The translations under genes were made by a program, and so were the position numbers. Below are positions 52,820 through 64,000 of a DNA stretch of 64,000 nucleotides, piece after piece; within the stretch, counting starts at the first letter, position 1, and the number at the start of each line of letters is the position of its first letter. The notes under the pieces are model-generated. The model was not told the origin of the DNA, did no database searches, and saw only the letters and a list, made by a program, of their open reading frames with translations. Location of the stretch: NCBI RefSeq assembly GCF_006345805.1, contig NC_043025.1, positions 248,001 to 312,000 on the forward strand. The letters are read 5' to 3'. The DNA is from Octopus sinensis. Its lineage: Eukaryota.

Positions 52820-55800
52820 GACCAGATCTGTGGCTGGTGCAAAGTCCCCTTAAGACCCAAAATAACATGGTGGTGGAACAATATTGTTGATAGGGCTATT
52901 AGACAAAAGAAACAGGCTTGGAAGGCCTGGAAGAACGGTGGTAGCAGGGAAGTGTATCAGACTGCCAGAAGGGAAGCTAGGAGACAGGTCTATCTAGCCA
53001 GAGGGGAAGCAGATAAAAGAAAATTTGCCAATGTCCTGCGCCGTGAGGATGAAAGACTTGAGGTATTTCGTGTTGCAAGACAGTGTGTGAGAGAGAATCG
53101 AGATGTGGTTGGAGAGAAATGTGTTCGCATGGAGGATGGTTCACTTGCGTTAAATGAGGATGCAAAGAGAGAAGCTTGGAGACGCCACTATGAAAGGTTG
53201 CTGAATGAGGAAAATGAATGGGATAAAGAGAGTCTGCCGAATGTTGACCCAACAGAGGGACCAGCTATCCGAGTTGATAGTTCCGTGGTAGCTAAGGCAA
53301 TTAGAAGCATGAAGACAGGAAAGCCCCAGGCCCATCAGGAATTACTGCAGAGATGCTCAAAATATCTGGTAGTGTCGGCTATAGCATAGTCACCCGTATA
53401 GTTAACCAGGTGATACACGAAGGAGTCATACCCAATGACTGGTGTAGCAGCATAATAGTCAACTGCTACAAAGGTAAAGGCGATGCCCTAGATACAAATA
53501 ACTACAGGGGCATCAAGCTGTTGGATCAGGTAATGAAGGTTACGGAGAGGGTTATAGCCCAGTTAATTAGAGAGAGAGTTAGCTTAGATGATATGCAGTT
53601 TGGGTTCGTGCCAGGGAAAAGTACTACTGATGCTATATTCCTGGTAAGACAGCTGCAGGAGAAATACCTAGCCAAAGGTAAGCCCTTGTACCTGGCTTTT
53701 GTTGACTTAGAGAAAGCCTTTGACAGGGTCCCCCGATCCCTTATCTGGTGGTCAATGAGGAAACTAGGGATAGATGAATGGTTAGTGAGAGCTGTGCGAG
53801 CCATGTACAGAGACGCAGCTAGTAAGGTGAGGGTTGGCAACGAGTACAGTGAAGAATTCCGGGTAGAGGTTGGGGTCCACCAAGGTTCAGTCCTCAGCCC
53901 CCTCCTATTTATCATAGTCCTCCAGGCAATAACGGAAGAATTTAAGACAGGATGCCCCTGGGAGCTCCTATATGCTGATGACCTTGCTCTAATTGCTGAG
54001 TCACTATCAGAACTGGAGGAGAAGTTTCAGGTGTGGAAACAAGGATTAGAATCGAAGGGCCTTAGAATCAACCTAGCCAAAACCAAAGTCCTAATAAGTA
54101 GGAAGGTGGACCAACCACAAACGACTTCAGGTAGATGGCCCTGCTCGATCTGTAAAAAAGGTGTAGGTAGAAACTCTATAAGGTGCACCAAGTGTAAGCT
54201 ATGGACACATAAGAGGTGCAGCAATGTCAAAGGAAGGCTAACTAAGAAAATAGTTTTTGCCTGTGGCAGATGCTCAGGAGAAATAAACACTGGAAATGTG
54301 CAGAGTCCAACTTCTACCACGTTCCAGGGAGACAAACTAGAAGTAGTTGATAGCTTCCGCTACCTAGGAGACCAAGTCAGTAGCGGGGGTGGGTGTGCTG
54401 AAAGTGTAACTGCTAGAGTAAGAATAGCCTGGGCAAAGTTTAGAGAGCTCTTACCCCTGCTGGTGACAAAAGGTCTCTCGCTAAGAGTAAAAGGCAGACT
54501 ATATGATGCGTGTGTACGTACAGCCATGCTACATGGTAGTGAAACATGGGCCGTGACAGCTGAGGATATGCGTAAGCTTGCAAGAAATGAAGCCAGTATG
54601 CTCCGATGGATGTGTAATGTCAGTGTTCATAATCGTCAGAGTGTAAGTACTTTGAGAGAAAAGTTGAACCTAAGAAGTGTCAGTTGTGGTGTGCAAGAGA
54701 GACGGCTGCGCTGGTATGGTCATGTGACGAGAATGGCTGAAGATAGTTGTGTGCAAAAGTGCTACAACCTAGCAGTTGAGGGAACCTGTGGAAGAGGTAG
54801 ACCCAGGAAAACCTGGGACGAGGTGGTGAAGCACGACCTTCGAACTTTAGGTCTCACTAAGGAAATGACTGAAGACCGAGTCCTATGGAAGTGTGCTGTG
54901 CATGAGAGGACCCGGCAGGACTAGTCAGGCCATATCCCGTGGCCCCTACCTGGGACGTAGTCGATCCACCTGTGCATACCTTCCTTCTTGTGACACTTGT
55001 GAAGACCGGCTGAGGCAAGTGAAAATCAATCAAAATAGATGAACATCAATGGAATTTGTATCTTTGTGGTACCAGTGCCTGTGGCACACAAGAAAACCAT
55101 CCGAACGTGGCCGTAGCCAGTACCGCATCGACTGGCCTCCGTGCTGTGGGAACATGGTGGCACATAAAAACACCATCCGAAGACCCGGCAAGACTAGTCA
55201 GGTCATAACCCGTGGGCCCTACCTGGGACGTAGTCAGTCCACCTGTACATACCTTCCGACTTGTGAAGACCTGTTGAGGCAAGTGAAAATCAAATCAAAT
55301 CAAAACAAATCAAAATAGATGAACATCAATGGAATTTGTATCCTTGTGGTACCAGTGCCGGTGGCACACAAGAATCCATCCGAACGTGGCCGTAGTCAGT
55401 ACCGCTTGTGGTACCAGTGCCAGTGGCACACAAGAATCCATCCGAACGTGGCCGTAGTCAGTACCGCTTGTGGTACCAGTGCCGGTGGCACACAAGAATC
55501 CATCCGAACGTGGCCGTAGTCAGTACGCCTTGTGGTACCAGTGCCGGTGGCACACAAGAATCCATCCGAACGTGGCCGTAGTCAGTACCGCATCACTGGC
55601 CATCGTGCTGTGGGCACATAACAAACACCATCCGGTCGTGGCCGTTCGCCAGCCTCATCTAGCACCTGTGTCGGTGGCACATAAAAACACCTTCCGAAGA
55701 CCTGGCAAGACTAGTCAGGCCATAAACCATGGCCCCTACCTGGGACGTAGTCAGTTCACCTGTGCATACCTTCCTCCTTGTGATACTTGTGAAGGCCTGT

Positions 55801-57594
55801 TGAGGCAAGTGAAAATCAAAGGCCTGTTGAGGCAAGTGAAAATCAAAATCAAAATCAAAATCAAATCAAAACAAATCAAAATAGATGAACATCAATGGAA
55901 TTTGTATCTTTGTGGTACCAGTGCCGGTGGCACACAAGAGAAAACCATCCGAAAGTGGCCGTAGCCAGTACCGCATCGACTGGCCTCCGTTCTGTGGGCA
56001 CATGACAAACACCATCCGATCGTGGCCGTTCACCAGCCTCATCTAGCACCTGTGTGTCGGTGGCACATAAAAACACCATCCGAAGACCCGGCAAGACTAG
56101 TCAGGCCATAAACCATGGCCCCTACCTGGGACGTAGTCAGTCCACCTGTGCATACCTTCCTTCTTGTGACACTTGTGAAGACCTGTTGAGGCAAGTGAAA
56201 ATCAAATCAAAACAAATCAAAATAGATGAACATCAATGGAATCTGTATCTTTGTGGTACCAGTGCCGGTGGCACACATGAGAACCATCCAGTGCCGGTGG
56301 CACACACTTTGTGGTACCAGTGCCGGTGGCACACATGAGAACCATCCGAACGTGGCCGTAGCCAGTTCCGCATCGACCGGCCTCCGTGCTGTGGGCACGT
56401 AACAAACACCATCCGATCATGGCCGTTCGCCAGCCTCATCTGGCACCTGTGTCGGTGGCACATAAAAACACCTTCCGAAGACCCGGCAAGACTAGTCAGT
56501 CCACCTGTGCATACCTTCCTTCCTTCTTGTGACACTTGTGAAGACCGGTTGAGGCAAGTGAAAATCAAATCAAATCAAATCAAATCAAATCAAAATAGAC
56601 AAAATAGATGAACATCAATGGAATTTGTATCTTGTGGTACCAGTGCCTGTGGCACACAGAAATCCATCAGTGCCGTAGTCAGTGCGGTGGGCACATGACA
56701 AACACCATCCGATCGTGGCCGTTCGCCAGCCTCATCTAGCACCTGTGTCGGTGGCACATAAAAACACCATCCGAAGACCCGGCAAGACTAGTCAGGCCAT
56801 AACCCATGGCCCCTACCTGGGACGTAGTCAGTCCACCTGTGCATACCTTCCTTCTTGTGACACTTGTGAAGACCTGTTGAGGCAAGTGAAAATCAAATCA
56901 ATCAAATCAAAACAAATCAAAATAGATGAACATCATGGAATTTGTATCTTTGTGGTACCAGTGCCGGTGGCACGTGGCATATAAGAAAACCATCCGAACG
57001 TGGCCGTGGCCAGTACCGCATCGACTGGCCTCCGTGCTGTGGGCACGTAACAAGCACCATCCGATCGTGGCCGTTTGCCAGCCTCATCTGGCACCTGTGT
57101 CGGTGGCACATAAAAACACCATCCGAGCGTGGCCGTCTGCCAGCCTCGTCTGGCACCTGTGTCGGTGGCACATAAAAACACCATCCGAGCGTGGCCGTCT
57201 GCCAGCCTCGTCTGGCACCTGTGTCGGTGGCACATAAAAAACACCATCCGAGCGTGGCCGTCTGCCAGCCTCGTCTGGCACCTGTGTCGGTAGCACATAA
57301 AAAACACCATCCGAGCGTGGCCCTCGTCTGGCACCTGTGTCGGTAGCACATAAAAAACACCATCCGAGCGTGGCCGTTTGTCAGCCTCGTCTGGCACCTG
57401 TGTCGGTGGCACATAAAATCACCACTACACTCTCGGAGTGGTGTGTTTGGCGTTAGGAAGGGCATCCAGCTGTAGAAACACTGCCAGATCTGACTGGACT
57501 GGTGCAGCTTCGGGCTCCCCAGACCCCCGTTGAACCGTCCAACCCATGCTAGCATGGAAAGCGGACGTTAAATGATGATGATGATGATGATGAT
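52820..57594 (+). mobile_element. Young 5'-truncated RTE LINE inserted into a (TA)n microsatellite in intron 2 of gene B
   Basis: RT ORF 52952-54924 with one apparent 1-nt frameshift near 53318. Motifs NYRGIKLL, QFGF, AFVDLEKAFDRVP, GVHQGSVLSPLLF, LLYADD and RRLRWYGHV. Expanded 3' UTR, (GAT)n tail and TA repeats on both sides. The site is empty in gene A (41426-41450). Confidence 0.96.
53353..54924 (+). pseudogene. RTE reverse transcriptase ORF segment (endonuclease missing) with a PHD-like C4HC3 finger insertion
   Basis: YADD catalytic motif. The segment CSIC-x10-CTKC-x4-H-x2-C-x14-CGRC lies at 54142-54273. Confidence 0.9.
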
Positions 57595-57621
57595 ATTATA
57601 TATATATATATAGCAAAAAAA

Positions 57622-57659
57622 CTGTCTGATGAACGGCAACGAGAAACTTAGAGTAACAG
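57622..57659 (+). ncRNA. Minimal hammerhead-like motif, mirror of 41381-41418
   Basis: ctgt-CTGATGA-acggcaacga-GAAAC-ttaga-GTA-acag. Confidence 0.5.
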
Positions 57660-57849
57660 ATTTTGTTGAATTTTCTGCTGCTTTACATAAAGTATATATA
57701 ATATATACATATTAGGATTCTATATTATATCTATATATATATATATATATATATATATAGATTATACGATATATTACATATATATTATACATTAAATATG
57801 TATGACAAGTATATATGAGTAGTACACACACACAACCACACCAAACACG

Positions 57850-57896
<47 letters not shown>

Positions 57897-58121
57897 TTCT
57901 TGAGCCCCCGTATTTTCCCCCATATCTTTCTGGTGTTTCCTACTTTTAATGATAATCATTGATTTTCGATGACGATTATGTTGAGAAAACGGAAGCATTG
58001 ATAGTTTCAAACCAATCACACTCCAGACATAATTGTGATTAAGACATTGAAAGGGATGGATTTTCAGAAAATTTCATTAAGAAATATTTATATTAAAAAG
58101 CTTCATGAGGAACATGCAACA

Positions 58122-58169
<48 letters not shown>

Positions 58170-58187
58170 TAATATATATATATATAC

Positions 58188-59117
58188 AGGTACAGGGATG
58201 GCTGTGTGGTAAGTAGATTGCTTATAAACAACATGGTTCCGGGTTCAGTCCCTCTTAGTGGCACCTTGGGCAAGTGTCTTGTACTATAGCCTCGGGCCGA
58301 CCAAAGCCTTGTGAGTGGATTTGGTAGACGGAAACTGGAAGAAGCCCGTTATATATATGTATATATATATGTGTGTTTGAGTGTGCGTCTTTGTTCCCCA
58401 CCATCGCTTGACAACCGATGCTGGTGTGCTTACGCTCCCGTAACTTAGCGGTTCGGCAAAGAGATCGATAGAATGAGTACTAGACTTACAAATAATAAGT
58501 CCTGGTGGCAATTTCCTCGACTAAATGCGGTGCTCCAGCATGGCCACAGTCAAATGATGGAAACAAGCAAAAGAGTAAAAAAGATCTATTTACATACACA
58601 CACACATGTGTGAGAGAGAGGCGCAGGTGTGGCTGTGTGGTAAGTAACTTGCTTACCAACCACATGGTTCCCGGTTCATTTTCACTGCATGGCACAATGT
58701 ACAAGTGTCTTCTGCTATAGCCCCAGGCTGAGCAAACCTTGTGAGTGGATTTGGTAGATGGAGACTGAAAGAAGCTCGTCGTATGTATATATATATAAAT
58801 ATGTATAAATCTATATATGTGTGTGTGTGTGTGTGGTGTGTGTGTACATATATATATATGCATATGAGTTTGTGTATGTGTGTGTGTGTTATGTGTGTCT
58901 GTGTGTACGTGCGTGTGTTTGTGTGTCTGTGTTTGTCCCCAACATCGCTTGACAACCGATGCTGGTGTGTTTACGTCCCCGTAAACTAGCATTTCTGCAA
59001 AAGAAATGAATAAAATAAGTACTAGGCTTACTGGGGTCGATTTGCTCGACTAACGACAGTGCTCCAGCATGGCCACATTCACATGACTGAAACAAATGCA
59101 AGAATAAAAGAATAAAT
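58188..59117 (+). mobile_element. Two tandem tRNA-derived SINEs
   Basis: Heads at ~58188 and ~58619 (ggctgtgtggtaag...ggttccgggttca). Mirror of 39915-40890. Confidence 0.8.
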
Positions 59118-59456
59118 GTAACTATGAACATACACACACGCGAACACACACATACACACACACACACACACATTTTGCTGCTCTATGTGTTTATTCATTG
59201 AGTTATTCATCCTATATGCGTGTGTTTGTGTGTGTGTGTATAAATATATTTATATGCACATATGTATGTGTGTATACACGTGTGTGTATATACAATAGAA
59301 ATCTCCATTACCTACTCCCCACCCCAATCATTCCACCTGTTTAATTAATTTCATTCCTTCTCTTCTCTTTTTCTGTGAGTTTTTTCTTTTAATTCTTCAC
59401 CACCCGACTCCCCTTTCAGACACCATTTTTAATGTTTTTATTCTTTTCTTTATCAG

Positions 59457-59611
59457 GTTAATCTTCGAGATAAATATGGTTACACACCGCTGCACTTGGC
59501 CTGTTATCGGGGAAACTTGCACACTGTCGATCTTTTGTTGGGTCACAATGGCATTGATGCCAATGTGGTTGCCAACAATGGAGACACACCACTGCATAAG
59601 GCAGTTCAGAA
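59457..59611 (+). CDS. Gene B exon 3 (155 nt): ankyrin repeats
   Basis: ttctttatcag acceptor and gtaagt donor. Encodes [51 protein letters not shown]. Confidence 0.92.
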
Positions 59612-60576
59612 GTAAGTCCCCATTGGATCTGGAATATCCAAATCTGTTTCTTTTATGTTTTCAATAATGTTTGTTTCTTTTTCATTGAGTCACTCATGTC
59701 ATAATCCCACCATGGGGTCATTGTCTTTCTATTCTCTTTCGCACTGTAATCTACTTTATTAATTAATCATCACCATAATTGTTATTGTTGTTGCCTGACT
59801 GGACACTTTACTTCATCTCGTTCTCCATTTCCTCAACGTCACAGGTTCAAATCCTCTCTCTTCTTCCTTTCCTCCCATCTAGAACAACTTTCTCTCTCTC
59901 TCTCTTTCTTCCTCACTCTCTCTCCTTTGTAGTTTCCCTACTTACTCCGACCCTGGGCTAAATATACAATCATCCCCTTACAGTATTTACATTTGTCTCT
60001 TTTATGTTCCATGTTCAAATCCTACCAGAATATTTACTATCACTCTGGGGTCAATATAATCTGTACCAGTAATACCCAGGGGTTCCTTTAATAAACTGTC
60101 TTCCTTCTTTTCTCCTGTTCTTGTTTCTTATTACTTTTGAAGAAAATAAATTGTGTTATTTTATTTACGACTCTTTACGTTCAGAGTTCAAATCCTGCCA
60201 AGGTCAACTTCTCCTTCCATCTTTGCAAGATTGATAAAATACAATACCAGTCATGTACTTGGGTTCATATGATTACCTGGAGCCCTTCTTTCCTTCCTAA
60301 ATTTCATGTTTATATGAGCTGTGAGAATTCTTAGCAGTATTTTTCCTGTCTTTACATTTCTGGGTTTACTCAGGTGTGTATATATCATTGTTCTACTGTG
60401 TAGAGTGTGTATTGAATAAATATATATGTGTGTGTCAGTATGTGTGTAATAATTGCTGTAATTAAGTTATTGTGATCTAATTACATTTGTTTTCTTTAAT
60501 GACCTAATAATTATTATCTCAATCTGTGTGATGTTTGTTTTTTTCATGTTTTTCTTTCCTCATCCATTACTTTCAG

Positions 60577-60613
60577 GCGAGAGTATAAAGTGGTGTGTGC
60601 GATGCTGAAGCAG
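60577..60613 (+). CDS. Gene B exon 4 (37 nt)
   Basis: ccattactttcag acceptor and gttagt donor. Encodes (K)REYKVVCAMLKQ. Exon 5 is not present before 64000. Confidence 0.88.
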
Positions 60614-60885
60614 GTTAGTTAATAAATATATATTATATACACTCTCCAGTATTATATTGATCTGTATAATATAAATATTACCAATGTACCAGTGAAATAA
60701 TGGGGATGGATTTAATCACATGTACTACAAAACCCTTTTGTTTGTGGAGGAATTGTATATTGATCATGTTGATTTTGATATTAGCGGTGTTGACGGTCCA
60801 ACTGACCACCACCACTGATAATAATATCTTTAATGGTCAAATGAAACAAGGTCATTAGGAGATGAACCAAAATATAACAGACATC

Positions 60886-60917
<32 letters not shown>

Positions 60918-61043
60918 AATTAATTGTTTTAGACATTTGCCTGCGGCCATGCTGGGGCATCATCGAATTTTTAGCCAAATGTATCGATACCAGTAATTAT
61001 TTATTTTAAGCATATCACTTATCCTCTGTCTCTTTGCTGAACC

Positions 61044-61084
<41 letters not shown>

Positions 61085-61291
61085 ACACACTCACACACAC
61101 ATACACACACACACACTCACACACACATACATTGGCACACACATAGATTTTGTTCAGCCCAAGGCAAGAGTAGAATATACTTGCCTGAGTTTCCATGCAG
61201 AGGGATTCAACGTAGAACCGTGTATGGTTGGGAAAAAAGCTCCTTACACTACAACCATGTATATATGGATGTGTGTGTCTATCTATTTCTT

Positions 61292-61326
<35 letters not shown>

Positions 61327-61334
61327 GTCTGTCC

Positions 61335-61370
<36 letters not shown>

Positions 61371-61442
61371 CACTCTCTCTCTTTATCTCTCTCTCTGTCT
61401 ATCTATCTATCTATCTATTTATCTATCAATCTAACTATATAT

Positions 61443-61475
<33 letters not shown>

Positions 61476-61584
61476 ATATATATATATATATGTGTCCGAA
61501 GAATGACACCTCCTTCTGGAGGAATATGGAAAAACATTTCATAGCTAAGTTCTCCCCCAAATTAAATGGCTGAAACTTACTCAA

Positions 61585-61639
61585 CATACATTGAAGGACA
61601 AATTTTTCGATTTACAATATGATATAGTAGAACATTTAA

Positions 61640-61700
<61 letters not shown>

Positions 61701-61955
61701 ATGTTACCTGTTATATACATTATATTGTTTTTGCAATTTACTTGATCTTTACTTGCCAATTGTCATTCTAATTTTAACCTTCCTATGATATGCAATTTTC
61801 AAGATGGTGTAATTTGATTGTTCATTTTGATTCGATAGAAGGTGGGTTTTTCTCTAATATTTCATGTGTAAGCATGTATATATATATATAGTGACATTGA
61901 AGGACGCATCTTTCGATTTACAATCTAATATAGTAGAACATTTAGTATATGTCTG

Positions 61956-61998
<43 letters not shown>

Positions 61999-62215
61999 GT
62001 GTATGTATATATGTGTATTGCCTGTTATATATGTTATATACATTATATTATTATCTTTATAATTTACTTCCATCTTTACCTTTTAATTGTCACTTTAATT
62101 TTAACTTTCCTATGATATACAATTTTCAAGATGGTGTAATTTGGTTGTTCATTTTGAACCGATAAAAAGGTTTTTTTCAAATATTTTATGTATAAGTCTG
62201 TGTGTGTATATATAT
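61585..62215. repeat. Diverged ~310-bp tandem duplication
   Basis: acattgaaggac...ttcgatttacaat...tcaagatggtgtaattt begins at ~61587 and again at ~61894. Confidence 0.85.
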
Positions 62216-63410
62216 GTATTGGTATAAATATCAACACACAAAAATATTTTTTTCTTCTTCTCCACTTCCTCCCTTATTTTTATTTATTTTTTATTTATTT
62301 TTTTTATTTTTTATTTTTTTATTTTATTTTTTATTTTTATATTTATTCTTATATTTATTTTCCCTTTTCTCTTTTTGTCTCTCTCCCTTTCTCCAAACAC
62401 ACAGAGACACACACACACACACGCACACAAACACACACAGACACACAGAGACACACACACACACACACCTCCACAAAACGATCATAGAAAGTATGACCCC
62501 AAATGACATTTGTCCGGCCAGCCTACCCACAACACACACTCAGTGACACCAGAATGGATAGAGAGCTAAAATTCTTAGAAAACCATAGGGGGTCCAGCAG
62601 GCCAACGGAAATACTTCTTCTTCCCTCTCAGATACAAACGCACACATACACACACACACACACACACACCACACATACACACACATACACACAAACATAC
62701 ACACACACATACACACATGTTTTCTCTGTCTCACTTCCTCCTCACCCTCTTATACTGTCTTATTCCTCCCCACTACTATGAAACTCTATAAAATGTTCAA
62801 ATTCCCCACAAAGGAATTGATTTGATTTGAAAACCCCACTGGATTGGGAGCAAGCGCTAATAATCCGAATGATATGATCTGAATGATATGATAGATATAT
62901 ATATGTAAAAAATGTAATATATAAATAAATATCTATAAATATGAACCATCCGATCTGATTACCTCATTTTTTCTAATATATATATATATACAGATCATCA
63001 TCATCATCATACTTGCTTGGCTCAGATAGATTTTCTCGAGGCAGATTCTCCGCAGCTGGATGCTCTCCCTATCGCCAATCCTCTCCTCTTTCCAAGGAAG
63101 CTAACATTTGCCAAGAACTAGACATGTTCCCGCAGAATGTTGGAAATAAGAGACCCTGCTTATATGACAGTGGCACTCATTTACAACTATCACACAAATG
63201 TCAAGACAAAAAGCCGCAGACACACACACACGCGCATGCACACACACGCACGCACGCACACACCCATAACACATACATTCATACATGTTGGCACACATAA
63301 AGAGCTATAATAAAAGACGCTTGTCAGAGTTACATGCAATCAGATTGAACCCAGACCATGTTGTTTGGAAGAAAAGGTCTTAATACACAGTCATCCCAGC
63401 ATATATACGT

Positions 63411-63478
<68 letters not shown>

Positions 63479-63484
63479 TATATT

Positions 63485-63522
<38 letters not shown>

Positions 63523-63664
63523 ATATATATATACGTATATATATATGTATATATAAATATATATGCGTAATCCAAAAATGAAAACACAAAGAGAAAATAC
63601 AACAACGCGAGGACGTGGAACAATATAGTATTATTGGACGCTCAGGAAAGAAGAAAGAAGGAGG

Positions 63665-63699
63665 GTTTAACGTTTCGAGCGGAGCTCTTCGTCGGAAAC
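63665..63699 (-). ncRNA. Degenerate hammerhead-like motif in a Penelope-type repeat remnant
   Basis: gttt-CCGACGA-a-gagc(tcc)gctc-GAAAC-GTT-aaac. Same architecture as 23411-23446. Confidence 0.4.
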
Positions 63700-64000
63700 A
63701 TAGGAGAAGGAAAGATCCAGAGAAGGGAAGACAGAGGGAAAAAATAACGCCAACGGTACTCACGCGGTCAAGAGAGAGAGTGAGAGATAGAGATAGATAG
63801 AGAGAGAGATAGAGATAGATAGAGAGAGAGATAGATAGAGAGAGGGAGATAACAAAGTGTACGTACGCCGCTATATAAATATATATATATGATAGATCGC
63901 CATGATAGATCGCTACCCACTAAACCTTTTTAATTTTCTCTCCCTGTCACGCAACTGGCAAAAATGACCAGTTACTGCATATAGCTAGCATTATGTCGAT

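Noticed and set aside
55340-57410. CRISPR-like array of ~60-bp repeats
   Set aside because: The units are contiguous with no unique spacers, lie within a eukaryotic RTE 3' UTR, and there are no cas genes.
22984-63800. Numerous short YI/CV/TH-repeat ORFs
   Set aside because: Translations of (TA)n, (CA)n and (TATG)n microsatellites.

Overview
This is repeat-rich eukaryotic DNA. The SINE families, RTE LINEs with (GAT)n tails and dense microsatellites suggest a coleoid cephalopod, probably Octopus; this is an inference. The main structure, missed by the ORF track, is a 13-exon minus-strand gene (gene A, 43541->7700). Its exons splice in frame through canonical GT-AG sites into a 470-aa, 5'-incomplete protein: about 6-7 ankyrin repeats, a C3HC4 RING, four 17-aa microexon-encoded linker units and a C-terminal DEATH domain. 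A second copy of its first four exons (gene B, + strand, 50807->60613, probably continuing beyond the window) lies in inverted, head-to-head orientation across a 100-N gap. Introns of the two copies are near-identical by eye. Their ankyrin exons differ at 34 of ~132 codons plus a one-codon indel, against only 4 synonymous-only codons. The changes concentrate at the beta-hairpin and helix-1 positions randomised in designed ankyrin repeat proteins (DARPins). This suggests a diversifying ankyrin-RING-DEATH sensor family. The rest is TE debris (RTE, CR1-like, HERO-like, Tc1, Helitron, Sola2-like, SINEs, hammerhead-like Penelope-type motifs) and very large (CAT)n and (GA)-rich arrays. These arrays account for nearly all long ORFs in the track. 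All alignments and counts were done by eye.
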